A program made the position numbers and the translations under genes. A stretch of 64,000 nucleotides of DNA from an uncultured delta proteobacterium (GTDB lineage: Bacteria; Desulfobacterota; WTBG01; CAIYCZ01): the NCBI GenBank assembly GCA_963803975.1, contig CAWDOY010000016.1, positions 53,399 to 117,398 of the forward strand, read 5' to 3'. Under the pieces are notes generated by a model. It was given only the letters and a program-made list of their open reading frames with translations. It ran no database searches and had not been told where the DNA came from. Position 1 is the stretch's first letter. Every line of letters begins with the position of its first letter. This document shows positions 29,459 through 38,872 of this stretch, piece after piece.

Positions 29459-29657
29459 GGAAGTTCTCCGGGTCCTTTAAAAAATAAGCCAGGGTCTTTA
29501 TAGATAGTTATTTATACTAAATCAGGGGGCAATTAGGAAGGAAAAAGCGGCTGGCGAAAACAGCGGCAGGTTGTGTTTGAACAATAGGTTGGAGGTTATT
29601 GCGTGTTGCTTCAAAACATTTTTAGCAGCGCACGTCAGAGAGTTCCTCGGCAGCAGC

Positions 29658-31454
29658 CTATAATGGTGCCACAAGAGATGCTATGTGTTTTACAAACTTC
29701 TGATTGTTGACTTTCGCCCAGACCCCGGGAAACAGTTCCAGCAGGAGCTGCAATTCAGTCTGTCGCGCGGCAAGGTATGCGACAACACCGGGGGCAATAA
29801 CCGGCTTGTATTCGTTTACCCTTTTAGCTGCGCCGCCATGCCCCCACGTCCCACGGTTAAGGTAATCCCGCAACAAGTTGCCCGTGACGACAGCGTCCTG
29901 CAGGTCGCCCAGGTGATCCTGCAGCGTCTTGATTTCTTCAATCAACTGTTCGGTATCCCGACCTAACACCTCGCGAAAGAACTCAAGCGCATAGCGCAGG
30001 CCCTTAAAGGCGATGCGCAGCCGGTGCAGCTGTTCCAGGGGCGGATCAGGTCCCTGCAGCAATTCTTCGAAAGCGCGCACTGCTGCGAGTTGCTGATACA
30101 GCACCACCGGTAATACATGGCGAATGCGCTGCGGCAGCGGTTCGCCCCGGCGCGAAAATGGAGGCAGCGCAGCAGCGCCGGGTTTTTTAAGAAAAGCAGC
30201 AAAGCGTTTTTTGAAGCGAACATAGCGGTCACTGTCCAGAAAGGCGAGCAGCTGTTCGCGGTCTTTTTGATGCTTCCCCTCCAGCACAGCAAGCAGTGGC
30301 TGCAGCCCGTTCTGCTGCTGTGGCGGCAGAGTATCGATGTAACGGTCTGTTTTTTGTCTGAACACATCCAGATCGCGGACCGCGCCAAGAGTGCGGCCGA
30401 CGCGCCGGAGCTCTTTGGCAAAGCGCTGTATCTCATGTTTATCCAGGTGCTTCCCGAACACCCGTATAGCCGCTCGCATGCGCCTGGTCGCGACCCGCAT
30501 GTCATGCAGTTCTTCAGGGTCCTGCCCCAGGCGCGTTCCCGGCTCATGGAAGACCATTCTTTTAAAGTGGAAATAGAGTGTCTTGCGGGCGCCTTCAGCC
30601 ATGGTATCATTAATTTTCAGCCCCGGCTTTTTGGGAGGCTTGCGCGGGTGCGGCTGGACAGCTGCCGCTGCCGGTTGCCTGCGCGTTTCCGCGGGCAATG
30701 CTGCAGCTGGTACCGGCGGATTTTCCTCTGCCGATACCGGGGCGCTATTTTGATCTTTGAGGGCGGACAATGTTACGTCATCAGCATTCACCGGGGGGGA
30801 CTGGGTGGCCGGTGTGTTTATCGCCGGGGCTATTGTTTCACCACTCTGAATGAGGGTACATGCACGCTCAAATTTTGATCGTGATTCTGGGGTCAGAGCC
30901 CACTCTTGCTCAAGGCAGTCCTGAATCATTGCCAGGTCAGGTTCCGTACCTTCCGGCAACAGCTCGACTTCAAGCTCAAAGTACACCTGCTCTCTTTCGT
31001 TTACCTGTAACCGGACTTCATCGAGGCTTAACTCGGCCACAGTCCGTTCACTTGGACTGCTCATACATCGGACCACACGTACTTGCCGCAAATCAAACAG
31101 CATGACCATCGGCTCATGATTGGTGAATTGAAGAAGGAGGTCACGTGCCTGACCATCAGGCCACTGCGCCGGCGGTTCATCACGCGCAAGAGAAACCTCA
31201 AATTCTTCACGCTTATGGACCGCTCCATCGGCACCCGCCAGCTGTTTTAGTGTTATTAAAATGGTGCCGTTAGACTCTCTTTTGCGGCAGGAATAACCGG
31301 CCTTCTTGATAGCGAGGTCCGCGGTGTCCCAATAACTGTCGTGGACCATTTTGGTCTGGGGGGAGGAAAGCATAAAGCCGGCGAGCTGGTCGATCACCTG
31401 TAAACGCCGAAAGGCTTCTTCATCTGGAATTGCAAATTTAGCTTCGATTTCCAT
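29658..31454 (-). CDS. CYTH-CHAD fusion protein (polyP-associated)
   Basis: EIEAKF, D.YWDT, ELEVEL, SKFER (CYTH); HDMRVATRRMR, RDLDV, HRLRI..K.LRY..E, QDHLGDLQD (CHAD). Confidence 0.92.
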   Translation of the reverse strand: MEIEAKFAIPDEEAFRRLQVIDQLAGFMLSSPQTKMVHDSYWDTADLAIKKAGYSCRKRESNGTILITLKQLAGADGAVHKREEFEVSLARDEPPAQWPDGQARDLLLQFTNHEPMVMLFDLRQVRVVRCMSSPSERTVAELSLDEVRLQVNEREQVYFELEVELLPEGTEPDLAMIQDCLEQEWALTPESRSKFERACTLIQSGETIAPAINTPATQSPPVNADDVTLSALKDQNSAPVSAEENPPVPAAALPAETRRQPAAAAVQPHPRKPPKKPGLKINDTMAEGARKTLYFHFKRMVFHEPGTRLGQDPEELHDMRVATRRMRAAIRVFGKHLDKHEIQRFAKELRRVGRTLGAVRDLDVFRQKTDRYIDTLPPQQQNGLQPLLAVLEGKHQKDREQLLAFLDSDRYVRFKKRFAAFLKKPGAAALPPFSRRGEPLPQRIRHVLPVVLYQQLAAVRAFEELLQGPDPPLEQLHRLRIAFKGLRYALEFFREVLGRDTEQLIEEIKTLQDHLGDLQDAVVTGNLLRDYLNRGTWGHGGAAKRVNEYKPVIAPGVVAYLAARQTELQLLLELFPGVWAKVNNQKFVKHIASLVAPL

Positions 31455-31495
31455 GGTTATGCGACAAACACGTTAGGCGGAATGAGCAACACTAA

Positions 31496-31647
31496 CAGGC
31501 TGTTGAAAAACACCCATCTGCTTCGTTGCGCTCATCCTTCGTCATTGCGACGTACGGTACAGTACTCTTCATTCTTCATGATTTCCCACGCCTTGCATCT
31601 GGATGTTTTTGACCAGCCTGGGAGAAAACTACTTTTTCAACAACCTG
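31496..31647 (+). mobile_element. MITE-like element, copy 2
   Basis: TIRs CAGGCTGTTGAAAAA / TTTTTCAACAACCTG; flanks CTAA and TTAG. Confidence 0.8.
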
Positions 31648-32242
31648 TTAGAATAGCCGGCAGGGAAAAAGCCTTTTTAAAATAAGCCGTCTTTTTAGCA
31701 AGCACCTGTTCCGGGATGCTCTTAAGAAAACCACCGGTAACACATATCTTCACGCCGGCTTCACTGATGATAACCTTTTCGATATGTATCTGCTGATTGT
31801 GAAGCCGGTCCAGGCCGTCGACAATCCGGATGATGGCAGCAAGTTTAGAAACAACGTCACGGGTCTGCGCAGAAAGGACCTGAAACTCCGGCTGGTCATC
31901 CGGCTCTGCTTTCCGATGAAACCGTGCTACCAATGCAACAATACGTTGATCTTCTTTACTGAGGGGCAGTTGCGCTTTCTCAATCATGCTGAAGGCCCGC
32001 TTATGATGTTTTGTCTGTCCCTCACTCCAGCCGATATCATGCAGAATACAGCCATATTCCAACAACACCCGATACTGTTGGGCCATGGTATGCAAGCCCG
32101 CATTTTTCAGCTCATCAAAAAGCTTTACGGCTACATGGGCCACATGCAGCGCATGGGCCGGATCAGGATCAAAGCGCCGGCAATACGCCAGTATCTCGTC
32201 GCGGATTGTTTTTGTGCTGATGATGGCTGCGTGTCCGCTCAT
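31637..32242 (-). CDS. Standalone HD-domain protein resembling the Ppx C-terminal domain
   Basis: HALHV, LHDIG, HHK, ARFHRK, IRIVDGLDR parallel the Ppx C-terminus in this window. Confidence 0.85.
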   Translation of the reverse strand: MSGHAAIISTKTIRDEILAYCRRFDPDPAHALHVAHVAVKLFDELKNAGLHTMAQQYRVLLEYGCILHDIGWSEGQTKHHKRAFSMIEKAQLPLSKEDQRIVALVARFHRKAEPDDQPEFQVLSAQTRDVVSKLAAIIRIVDGLDRLHNQQIHIEKVIISEAGVKICVTGGFLKSIPEQVLAKKTAYFKKAFSLPAILTGC

Positions 32243-32246
32243 GCTT

Positions 32247-32663
32247 TTATTTCACCGTCTGGCTCTGCGCAGCAATCTTTTTTGCCCGCGCCGGAGCCGG
32301 CGCAGCCTGGCGCTTGCTGTGCTTCCCTGTGCCCCGCGTTTTCTTCTCCTGGGTATCCAGCATGTTTGCCTTCAGGTCCGCAATGAGCTGGTCGATTGCC
32401 TTGAGATCTTTCAGCCGCCCCTTTTGTGGCTTCAGTTTAAGGCTGCGGACCTGCCGCAGCCATTCCGGAACCTTATCGCGGATTTTTTTTCGGGGGAGGG
32501 TCACAAGGCAGGCGAGAAAGGTCTCGATATTTCCCTCCCTGCGCAGGATGAAATTCTCGGCCACGTCACGTGCCAGAATGCGCAGGAGTTTTAATTCGCG
32601 CGACAAATCATCGTGAAGATCTTCCCCGCCGCCGGTCTTCTGCATGTCACTTTGTTTCACCAT
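32247..32663 (-). CDS. Hypothetical basic protein
   Basis: 138 aa, tightly packed in the operon, LKLKPQKGRLKDLK. Confidence 0.7.
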   Translation of the reverse strand: MVKQSDMQKTGGGEDLHDDLSRELKLLRILARDVAENFILRREGNIETFLACLVTLPRKKIRDKVPEWLRQVRSLKLKPQKGRLKDLKAIDQLIADLKANMLDTQEKKTRGTGKHSKRQAAPAPARAKKIAAQSQTVK

Positions 32664-33344
32664 TTAAACCTCCAATGACTCCTCTACTTTCGCGCAAATA
32701 TCCCGCGCCACCGCCCGGATTGAACGATTGCCGTTGACCAGGTGAAAACCATATTCAACCTGCATCAGGCTGAACTCTCTCTGGATAAGCCTCTGATAAT
32801 TGACAAAGCTGTTCAAAATATCGCGGGATATCCCCATATCTCTCCCTGATTCCCAGTATTCAAGGGTGGCGTTCTTGCGCAGGTTCCGCTCCACGAGCTG
32901 CCCAGGGCTGACCTTCAGGTAAATAACCAGATGGGGCACGAGGGCAATGCTGTAGAGGGAGCGAACCCACTCCCGGGCCGCGCCGCGAACGATTTCCCGC
33001 GCCATGAGCGTGTAGATGTAGCGGTCGGCAAGCACGATGAATCCGGCTCGCAACGCCGGTATGATGATATTTTCCAGCTGATCGGCAAAGTCGGTGGCAT
33101 AAAACAGGCTTCGCGTGACCTCGCTCAGGACATTCCCCTGCTTGGCCTCGTTGAGCTCTTTGGAAACCAGGGTTGAGCGGACCAGCCCCACGTTGCTAAC
33201 GGCATGTCCGCTATTCTCCAGGTAATCCCTGAGCAGATCAATCTGGGTGGAGCGGCCGGAGCCATCAGCTCCTTCAATAACTATCAGCCTGCCGGAAAGC
33301 TCTGTGCAATCAACGTCGGGAATGCCTTCCCCGTAAAATTTCAT
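32664..33344 (-). CDS. Thymidylate kinase-like protein B (Walker A K-to-R)
   Basis: IVIEGADGSGRST, ADRYIYT. Confidence 0.85.
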   Translation of the reverse strand: MKFYGEGIPDVDCTELSGRLIVIEGADGSGRSTQIDLLRDYLENSGHAVSNVGLVRSTLVSKELNEAKQGNVLSEVTRSLFYATDFADQLENIIIPALRAGFIVLADRYIYTLMAREIVRGAAREWVRSLYSIALVPHLVIYLKVSPGQLVERNLRKNATLEYWESGRDMGISRDILNSFVNYQRLIQREFSLMQVEYGFHLVNGNRSIRAVARDICAKVEESLEV

Positions 33345-33371
33345 ATGCCTCCTTGAATGCGGGCCGCATGC

Positions 33372-34070
33372 TCATATCTGTGTTTTCCAGCGGTACCGCG
33401 GCAGATCGAACCTGTCGGTGACCATCTCACGGACCCGCGCCTGCTGCTCTTCGATAGGTAACGTGCCGTCCATGGTGACAAACTCAAACTCCTCTGCCAC
33501 GGCAAGGTACTCCTGGTATATCTTTCCCTGAAACAGGCGAAAACTTTCGTAGGGGTCCGCAGACAGGCCCAGGTCCATCCCCGCTTCGAAATATTTAAGC
33601 TGGGGCCTGCCGGAAAGAATCCGGTTAAGGGAAACCTCAAGCGGGGTGTTGAAAAAAAAGGTAAGGTCGGGACGGCGGGCAAAGCCATAGAGGTTGCGCA
33701 GCCATTGCCGGGAGCAGCCCCGGACCGCATCCCGCGCAAAGGCGGTATAGATGTAGCGGTCGCAGAGGACCAGATAACCAGCTTTCAGAAGGGGAAGCAG
33801 CTGGCGCTCGTAGCGGTCGGCAAAATCAGTGCAGTGAATGAGACTGAACGTTGTGGGTGTAAGGAGCTGCCTTTTTTTGCCCTTGCTGGTTGCCTTCTTG
33901 ACAATGACCGAGGAGTTCCACTCGCTGAAGAAAACTTTGAGCCCCCGCATCTCAAGCCAGCGTTTCAGCAGGTACACCTGGGTCGACTTGCCGGAACCGT
34001 CAAGCCCTTCAACCGCAATCAATTTACCAAGGGGCTCTTCGCTGACGCTCTTTTTTTTCCTATCAAGCAT
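33372..34070 (-). CDS. Thymidylate kinase-like protein A
   Basis: IAVEGLDGSGKST, CDRYIYT, PDLTFFF. Confidence 0.88.
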   Translation of the reverse strand: MLDRKKKSVSEEPLGKLIAVEGLDGSGKSTQVYLLKRWLEMRGLKVFFSEWNSSVIVKKATSKGKKRQLLTPTTFSLIHCTDFADRYERQLLPLLKAGYLVLCDRYIYTAFARDAVRGCSRQWLRNLYGFARRPDLTFFFNTPLEVSLNRILSGRPQLKYFEAGMDLGLSADPYESFRLFQGKIYQEYLAVAEEFEFVTMDGTLPIEEQQARVREMVTDRFDLPRYRWKTQI

Positions 34071-34590
34071 AGATCCTCTTGAGCGATTTGCGGGCCTTTT
34101 TCAGACTGCTGCTCATTGCATCGGCTCCCGTATCTGCAGTAAGCCCGGAAAGGCGCTGCCCGGCCTTTGCCAGCCCCTTGCCGGCCCGCTTTACGCGCTT
34201 CTCCATCTTGGCCTCAGCTTTCTCTAAGGCGGTAACCGTCTTAAGAAGTTCTGCTGCAACCTTCTTTCCGCTTTTGCCCTGCAGGTCTTCGCCGACCCGC
34301 TTCTTGCAAGCCCTGCCGAGTCCATCCACCTGCTCCCTGATCGCTGCTGCCGCGGACTTGAGCCCTGCAATCTGCCGGGCGCGCTCAGCGCTTTTTTCCG
34401 CTGTCATCGCGGCCGCCTGCCTGATAATGGACGGGATGGTCTGCGGGTTTATTCCCTGGATGCTTTTCAAGCCCGCTTCTTCTGCCGCGGCAATCCGGTC
34501 AAAGCTATCATAACCAGCCTTGATAAAACGCTTTGCCAGTATTTCCCCGACACCCTTAATCTGCTGCAGTTCTTTCATGATCTTCTTCAT
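34063..34590 (-). CDS. Helix-hairpin-helix domain protein with Lys/Ala-rich C-terminus
   Basis: IKGVG...AKR and IQGINP HhH motifs. Confidence 0.75.
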   Translation of the reverse strand: MKKIMKELQQIKGVGEILAKRFIKAGYDSFDRIAAAEEAGLKSIQGINPQTIPSIIRQAAAMTAEKSAERARQIAGLKSAAAAIREQVDGLGRACKKRVGEDLQGKSGKKVAAELLKTVTALEKAEAKMEKRVKRAGKGLAKAGQRLSGLTADTGADAMSSSLKKARKSLKRIYA

Positions 34591-34843
34591 GGTTGCCCCT
34601 TCAAATGATTTTAATAAACAGCATAAGCACTATATATCTCTCGCCTCACCCCAGATACGGTGAGCTAAACCCGTCAGCAAAACCTGACACCGATTATATA
34701 CGGCGAGTTTCTGGCAATCTTTCCAGAAGGCGCGCTCCTGGGAATCGCTTCGCTTATCTATCCTGTATCTACCAATTAATGCACGGGGCAAATTTGCTGC
34801 CGGCCTTCACCGCATGCGCCCTGCTGTATCCGCCGTTATACCG

Positions 34844-36469
34844 CTAATTAATCTCAACCTGGTAGCCGTAAACTTCATTAAAAAGATCCCTTTTTGGCAT
34901 CAGCGCCCATCGATAGAAGGAGCGCTCTTTAGCAGGCGGAAGGTTGAGTATTATGCGATTGCCCCGTGTTTTTATTGAGAGGGGCATTTTTTGTGCGGCA
35001 TGGTCCCTGTCGAGTGCATCCGCCACCCGTACTATTGCAGCAAGCTTAAGGATGATTTTTTTCTCTTTAGAGTCCATATTCTGGAAATTTTCATGCTGTC
35101 CCTTGGGAAAGGATTTCCGGTGGTAGCGGGCGATGTTGGCTGCAATCAGCTTATCCCGCGCTGAGAGGCCGACAATATCTGATTCAGAAATAAGGTAATA
35201 GGAATGTTTGTGGTGGCGGGAAATGCTGACAAAATAGCCGATATCGTGGAGCAACGAAGCGATTTCCAGCAGCAAACGCTCTTTCTCGCCCAGGCGGTGA
35301 ATATCCTGCATTGCGTCGAAGAGCTCCAGCGCGTAAGCAGTAACCGTGGTTGCATGGTTTCGGTCAAATTCGTATTTTTCCCCGACCGCCATGACGGCGC
35401 TGATTAACTGCTGGTATTTTTTAAGCTTATGTACCGGCTCTTCTTTTCTGAAAAGCTCAATGGCGAGTCCGTCTCTCACCCCAACGCCCGGGGTATAAAT
35501 CCACTCTGCCTGAGCCATCCGGGCAAAGCTTAAATAAACCTGGGCTGCAGGCAGTATCACATCCGCCCGGTCCGGTCGCAGGCGGAATTTTTCCACCCTC
35601 TCGTTAAAGCTGTACAGCGCCAGCTCGCGTATGACCCTGGCCAGGGTCTCGCAGGAGATGCGCTGGAAGCCGGTGCTGTTATCAACAATACCCCAGTCGG
35701 TCTGCTCAAGCAGCCACACCACGCTGTCAATATTACCTCCGGTCGCAATAAAGCGGTCGATTTTTTTCGTGCCCAGGCTGTGGCGGAGGCGATTGTGGGT
35801 GAGGTTGATATATTCCTGAATGATGCCGTTGAATTTTTCCTGGCTGTCATGGCAGTGGTTTTGAAGCTGAATCAAGCGGACTGCGCCGAGCTTGTGGGTA
35901 AGCGAAAACTGAACCTTGCCGTCCTCAATCAGGCTCACCTCAACGCTGCCGCCCCCCACCTCAATGTGTTCGACATTCAGTCCGGCCAGCTCCATGCGGT
36001 CAAGGATAGCAGTGATTATCAGGCGCGCTTCCTCGCTGCTGTCTATAATCTGAACATCAATGCCGGTTTCCTGGACCGCGCGCTCAATGAAAGCAGCTCC
36101 GTTTGATGCCTCCCGGACGGCACTGGTAGCAACTGCAGCGACTTTAGAAACTGCGGCGCGGTCGATGAGCTGACGGAATTCCTTCATGGCTTTGAGTGCG
36201 TCTTCGAAGCTCTGGCTGAGGATTTTACCGTTATGGAAAACATCATGGCCCAGGCGGATCGGCTTGCGCAATGTTTCAATCGTCTGTATCGCGCCCTGTG
36301 CATCCTGCTCGAAAATATGCATGCGCAGAGCATTTGAACCAATATCTATTGCAGCGACTCTGCTGTGCAGGTTGTTTTCCACGGCGCACCTGTTTTCTGA
36401 ATACGCGGCGTGCGGGGATCGTGCGTTCTCACCGGCGTCCGCGCGCAGGATGGTATTCGTAAGCATCAA
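34844..36469 (-). CDS. ppx: Ppx/GppA exopolyphosphatase with HD domain
   Basis: AAIDIGSN, ATSAVREASN, EEARL, GGGSVE, R.DRADVI, LHDIG. Confidence 0.94.
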   Translation of the reverse strand: MMLTNTILRADAGENARSPHAAYSENRCAVENNLHSRVAAIDIGSNALRMHIFEQDAQGAIQTIETLRKPIRLGHDVFHNGKILSQSFEDALKAMKEFRQLIDRAAVSKVAAVATSAVREASNGAAFIERAVQETGIDVQIIDSSEEARLIITAILDRMELAGLNVEHIEVGGGSVEVSLIEDGKVQFSLTHKLGAVRLIQLQNHCHDSQEKFNGIIQEYINLTHNRLRHSLGTKKIDRFIATGGNIDSVVWLLEQTDWGIVDNSTGFQRISCETLARVIRELALYSFNERVEKFRLRPDRADVILPAAQVYLSFARMAQAEWIYTPGVGVRDGLAIELFRKEEPVHKLKKYQQLISAVMAVGEKYEFDRNHATTVTAYALELFDAMQDIHRLGEKERLLLEIASLLHDIGYFVSISRHHKHSYYLISESDIVGLSARDKLIAANIARYHRKSFPKGQHENFQNMDSKEKKIILKLAAIVRVADALDRDHAAQKMPLSIKTRGNRIILNLPPAKERSFYRWALMPKRDLFNEVYGYQVEIN

Positions 36470-37131
36470 TTCAGTCCCTCAAGGTTGTGATGCTTTATTA
36501 TTTTCCCCTCAACCATAAATATCACTTCCTCGCAAAGGTTGGTGGATAAATCAGCGATCCGTTCAAGGTTTCTGGCAATACGCATCAGGTCAAGACATCG
36601 CGGAATATTAGCGGGGTCAGCCCGCATCAGCTCGATGAGTTCCTGAAATGTTTTATCGCGCAGGCTGTCTATTATGTCGTCCCGCTCGCACACTAAATTA
36701 GCCAGGGCCTGATCTTCATTAATAAATGCCGTGATACTATCTGTCACCATCTGTGCCGCCACTGAAGCCATTTCCGGTATATCAATCAAGGGCTTAACAG
36801 CCGGAGTCTCCAGCAGGCGAAGGCTGCTTTGAGAGATGTTTACCGTATGATCTGCCATCCGCTCCAGGTCTTCGTTCATCTTGAAAACCATGAGAATGGT
36901 CCTCAAGTCCTTGGCCATGGGCTGGTACTGGGCAATGAGCGACGTGCACAGTTCATCAAGCCGTATGTCCAGGTCATTGGCTTTTGGCTCGTCTATTTGT
37001 ATGACCGAGTCAAGCAGCTCCCGGTCCCGTTTTACCAGTCCATTGATACTGCTGCTAATCATGTGCTCTACCAGCGTGGCAAGCTCTACGAGGACCTTTC
37101 TTAATTCACTAAGCCTTTCATCCAGTACCAT
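36466..37131 (-). CDS. phoU: Phosphate signalling protein PhoU
   Basis: QPMAKDLR, DLERMADH, NLERIAD. Confidence 0.95.
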   Translation of the reverse strand: MVLDERLSELRKVLVELATLVEHMISSSINGLVKRDRELLDSVIQIDEPKANDLDIRLDELCTSLIAQYQPMAKDLRTILMVFKMNEDLERMADHTVNISQSSLRLLETPAVKPLIDIPEMASVAAQMVTDSITAFINEDQALANLVCERDDIIDSLRDKTFQELIELMRADPANIPRCLDLMRIARNLERIADLSTNLCEEVIFMVEGKIIKHHNLEGLN

Positions 37132-37281
37132 GATGGTTTCCTCTATAACGATGTATTTATTCTATATTTAGATAGCACAAAAATAGTCACAAAGCATGCA
37201 AGGTATTGCGCAGTGTGCTCTGTGGTTTGCATCTTAGCCCTACGATTCATAAATTCGATGTCGAATTTACTCACTCAGGAC

Positions 37282-38041
37282 TTAGCCAAACTTCCCGCTC
37301 AGATATTCCTCGGTGCGCTTGTCTTCAGGTACGGTGAACAGCTTTTGCGTGGGTCCGAATTCAATCAGATCGCCCAGATAGATGAATGCCGTAAAATCCG
37401 AGGTGCGGGCTGCCTGAGCGATATTGTGAGTAACCAGGATGATCGTCACCGTCTCTTTGAGCTCAATCATTAATTCTTCTATATGTGCTGTTGATTTCGG
37501 GTCAAGGGCCGAAGTCGGCTCATCGAGCAGCATGATTTCCGGCTTCATGGCAAGGGCCCGGGCAATGCAGAGCCGCTGCTGCTGGCCGCCGGAGAGAAAG
37601 GTCCCCTTTCTTGTACAGGCTGTCCTTCACTTCGTTCCACAGGGCGGCTTTGCGCAGCGATTCCTCAACAATGCGGTCAAGCTCGGCCGCAGCTATTTTA
37701 ATTCCGTTCAGCTTGTAGCCGGCAACGACATTATCATAAATATTCATGGTAGGGAAGGGATTGGGCCGCTGAAAGACCATGCCGATTTTGCGCCGGGCAA
37801 GAATCGGATTCAACGCATAAATATCTTCATTTTGCAGCAGCATCCTGCCGGATACGGTGGCATTGGGTATGAGTTCATGCATGCGGTTAATGCACCGGAC
37901 CAGGGTTGTTTTGCCGCATCCCGAAGGGCCCATCATGGCGGTCAGTTTATTCCGGGTAATTTCCAGCGAGATGTTTTTCAGGATTTGATTGTCCCCGAAA
38001 TAGGCACAGAAATTTTCAGTTTTTAAAACTGGACTTTCCAT
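37282..38041 (-). CDS. pstB: Phosphate ABC transporter ATPase, frameshift at about 37603
   Basis: [20 protein letters not shown], then LSGGQQQ / [11 protein letters not shown] in another frame; extra G in GGGG. Confidence 0.93.
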
Positions 38042-38871
38042 TTTTTTATCATCACCTTTGCAAACGCGTTAAGCAGCAGCACAAAGACCCCCAGCACCAG
38101 GGAGGCACCCCATGCGATGGCGTGCCATTCAGGATACGGGCTTGCCGCGTAATTGAAGACCAGCAGGGGCAGAGAATTTACCGGCTTAAGCAGATTGAGA
38201 TTCATAAAAGGATTGCCGAACGCGGTAAATAATAATGGCGCGGTCTCACCCGCAACCCGCGCAATGCTCAGGATAACGCCGGACACCACGCCGCTCAGCC
38301 CTGCCGGCAGCACAACTTTAAGAATTGTTTTGTAATAGGGCACCCCCAGTGACAGGGATGCTTCTTTCAGGGAGTCAGGAATAAGCTTCAACGTTTCTTC
38401 GGCTGACCGGACAATGACCGGCAGCATCATTATGGCCAGAGCAATACCGCCGGAAACCGCGGAAAAGGTCCTGAGCGGCATCACGATCCATACATAGGCG
38501 ATAATGCCGATGACAATGGACGGGATGCCCTGCAGTATCTCAACGCAGAGCCTCACCAGGTAGGAAAGCCTGCCCTCCTTATGTTCAGAAAGATAAATTC
38601 CCGCGCATATCCCCAGGGGGATAGCTAGCACGCAGGAAACGCCCAGCAGCATACCGGTTCCCACAATGGCGTTGGAGATGCCGCCCCCGGTCTCCCCGAC
38701 GGGCTTGGGGAGGTTAGTGAGAAACTGCCAGTTAATGACGGCGATGCCGTTTTTAAAAATATAAAACAGTATAAACAGAAGCGGCAGCGCCGAGCTGAAC
38801 GAAAAAAGGATCACGGCTGCTTTAAACAGACGGTCTTTATAGAGCCTGAAACGAAACCGGTCCTGCTGCAT
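38023..38871 (-). CDS. pstA: Phosphate ABC transporter permease PstA
   Basis: GIPSIVIG, EASLSLG, ARVAGETAPLLFT. Confidence 0.95.
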   Translation of the reverse strand: MQQDRFRFRLYKDRLFKAAVILFSFSSALPLLFILFYIFKNGIAVINWQFLTNLPKPVGETGGGISNAIVGTGMLLGVSCVLAIPLGICAGIYLSEHKEGRLSYLVRLCVEILQGIPSIVIGIIAYVWIVMPLRTFSAVSGGIALAIMMLPVIVRSAEETLKLIPDSLKEASLSLGVPYYKTILKVVLPAGLSGVVSGVILSIARVAGETAPLLFTAFGNPFMNLNLLKPVNSLPLLVFNYAASPYPEWHAIAWGASLVLGVFVLLLNAFAKVMIKKWKVQF

Positions 38872-38872
38872 A

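Noticed and set aside
29459..29657. yybP-ykoY riboswitch upstream of terC/alx
   Set aside because: GGGGAGUA and GAGACC core motifs not seen
32664..34070. Assigning the symbol tmk
   Set aside because: REPG motif missing, Walker A altered in one copy, and polyP context argue against housekeeping Tmk
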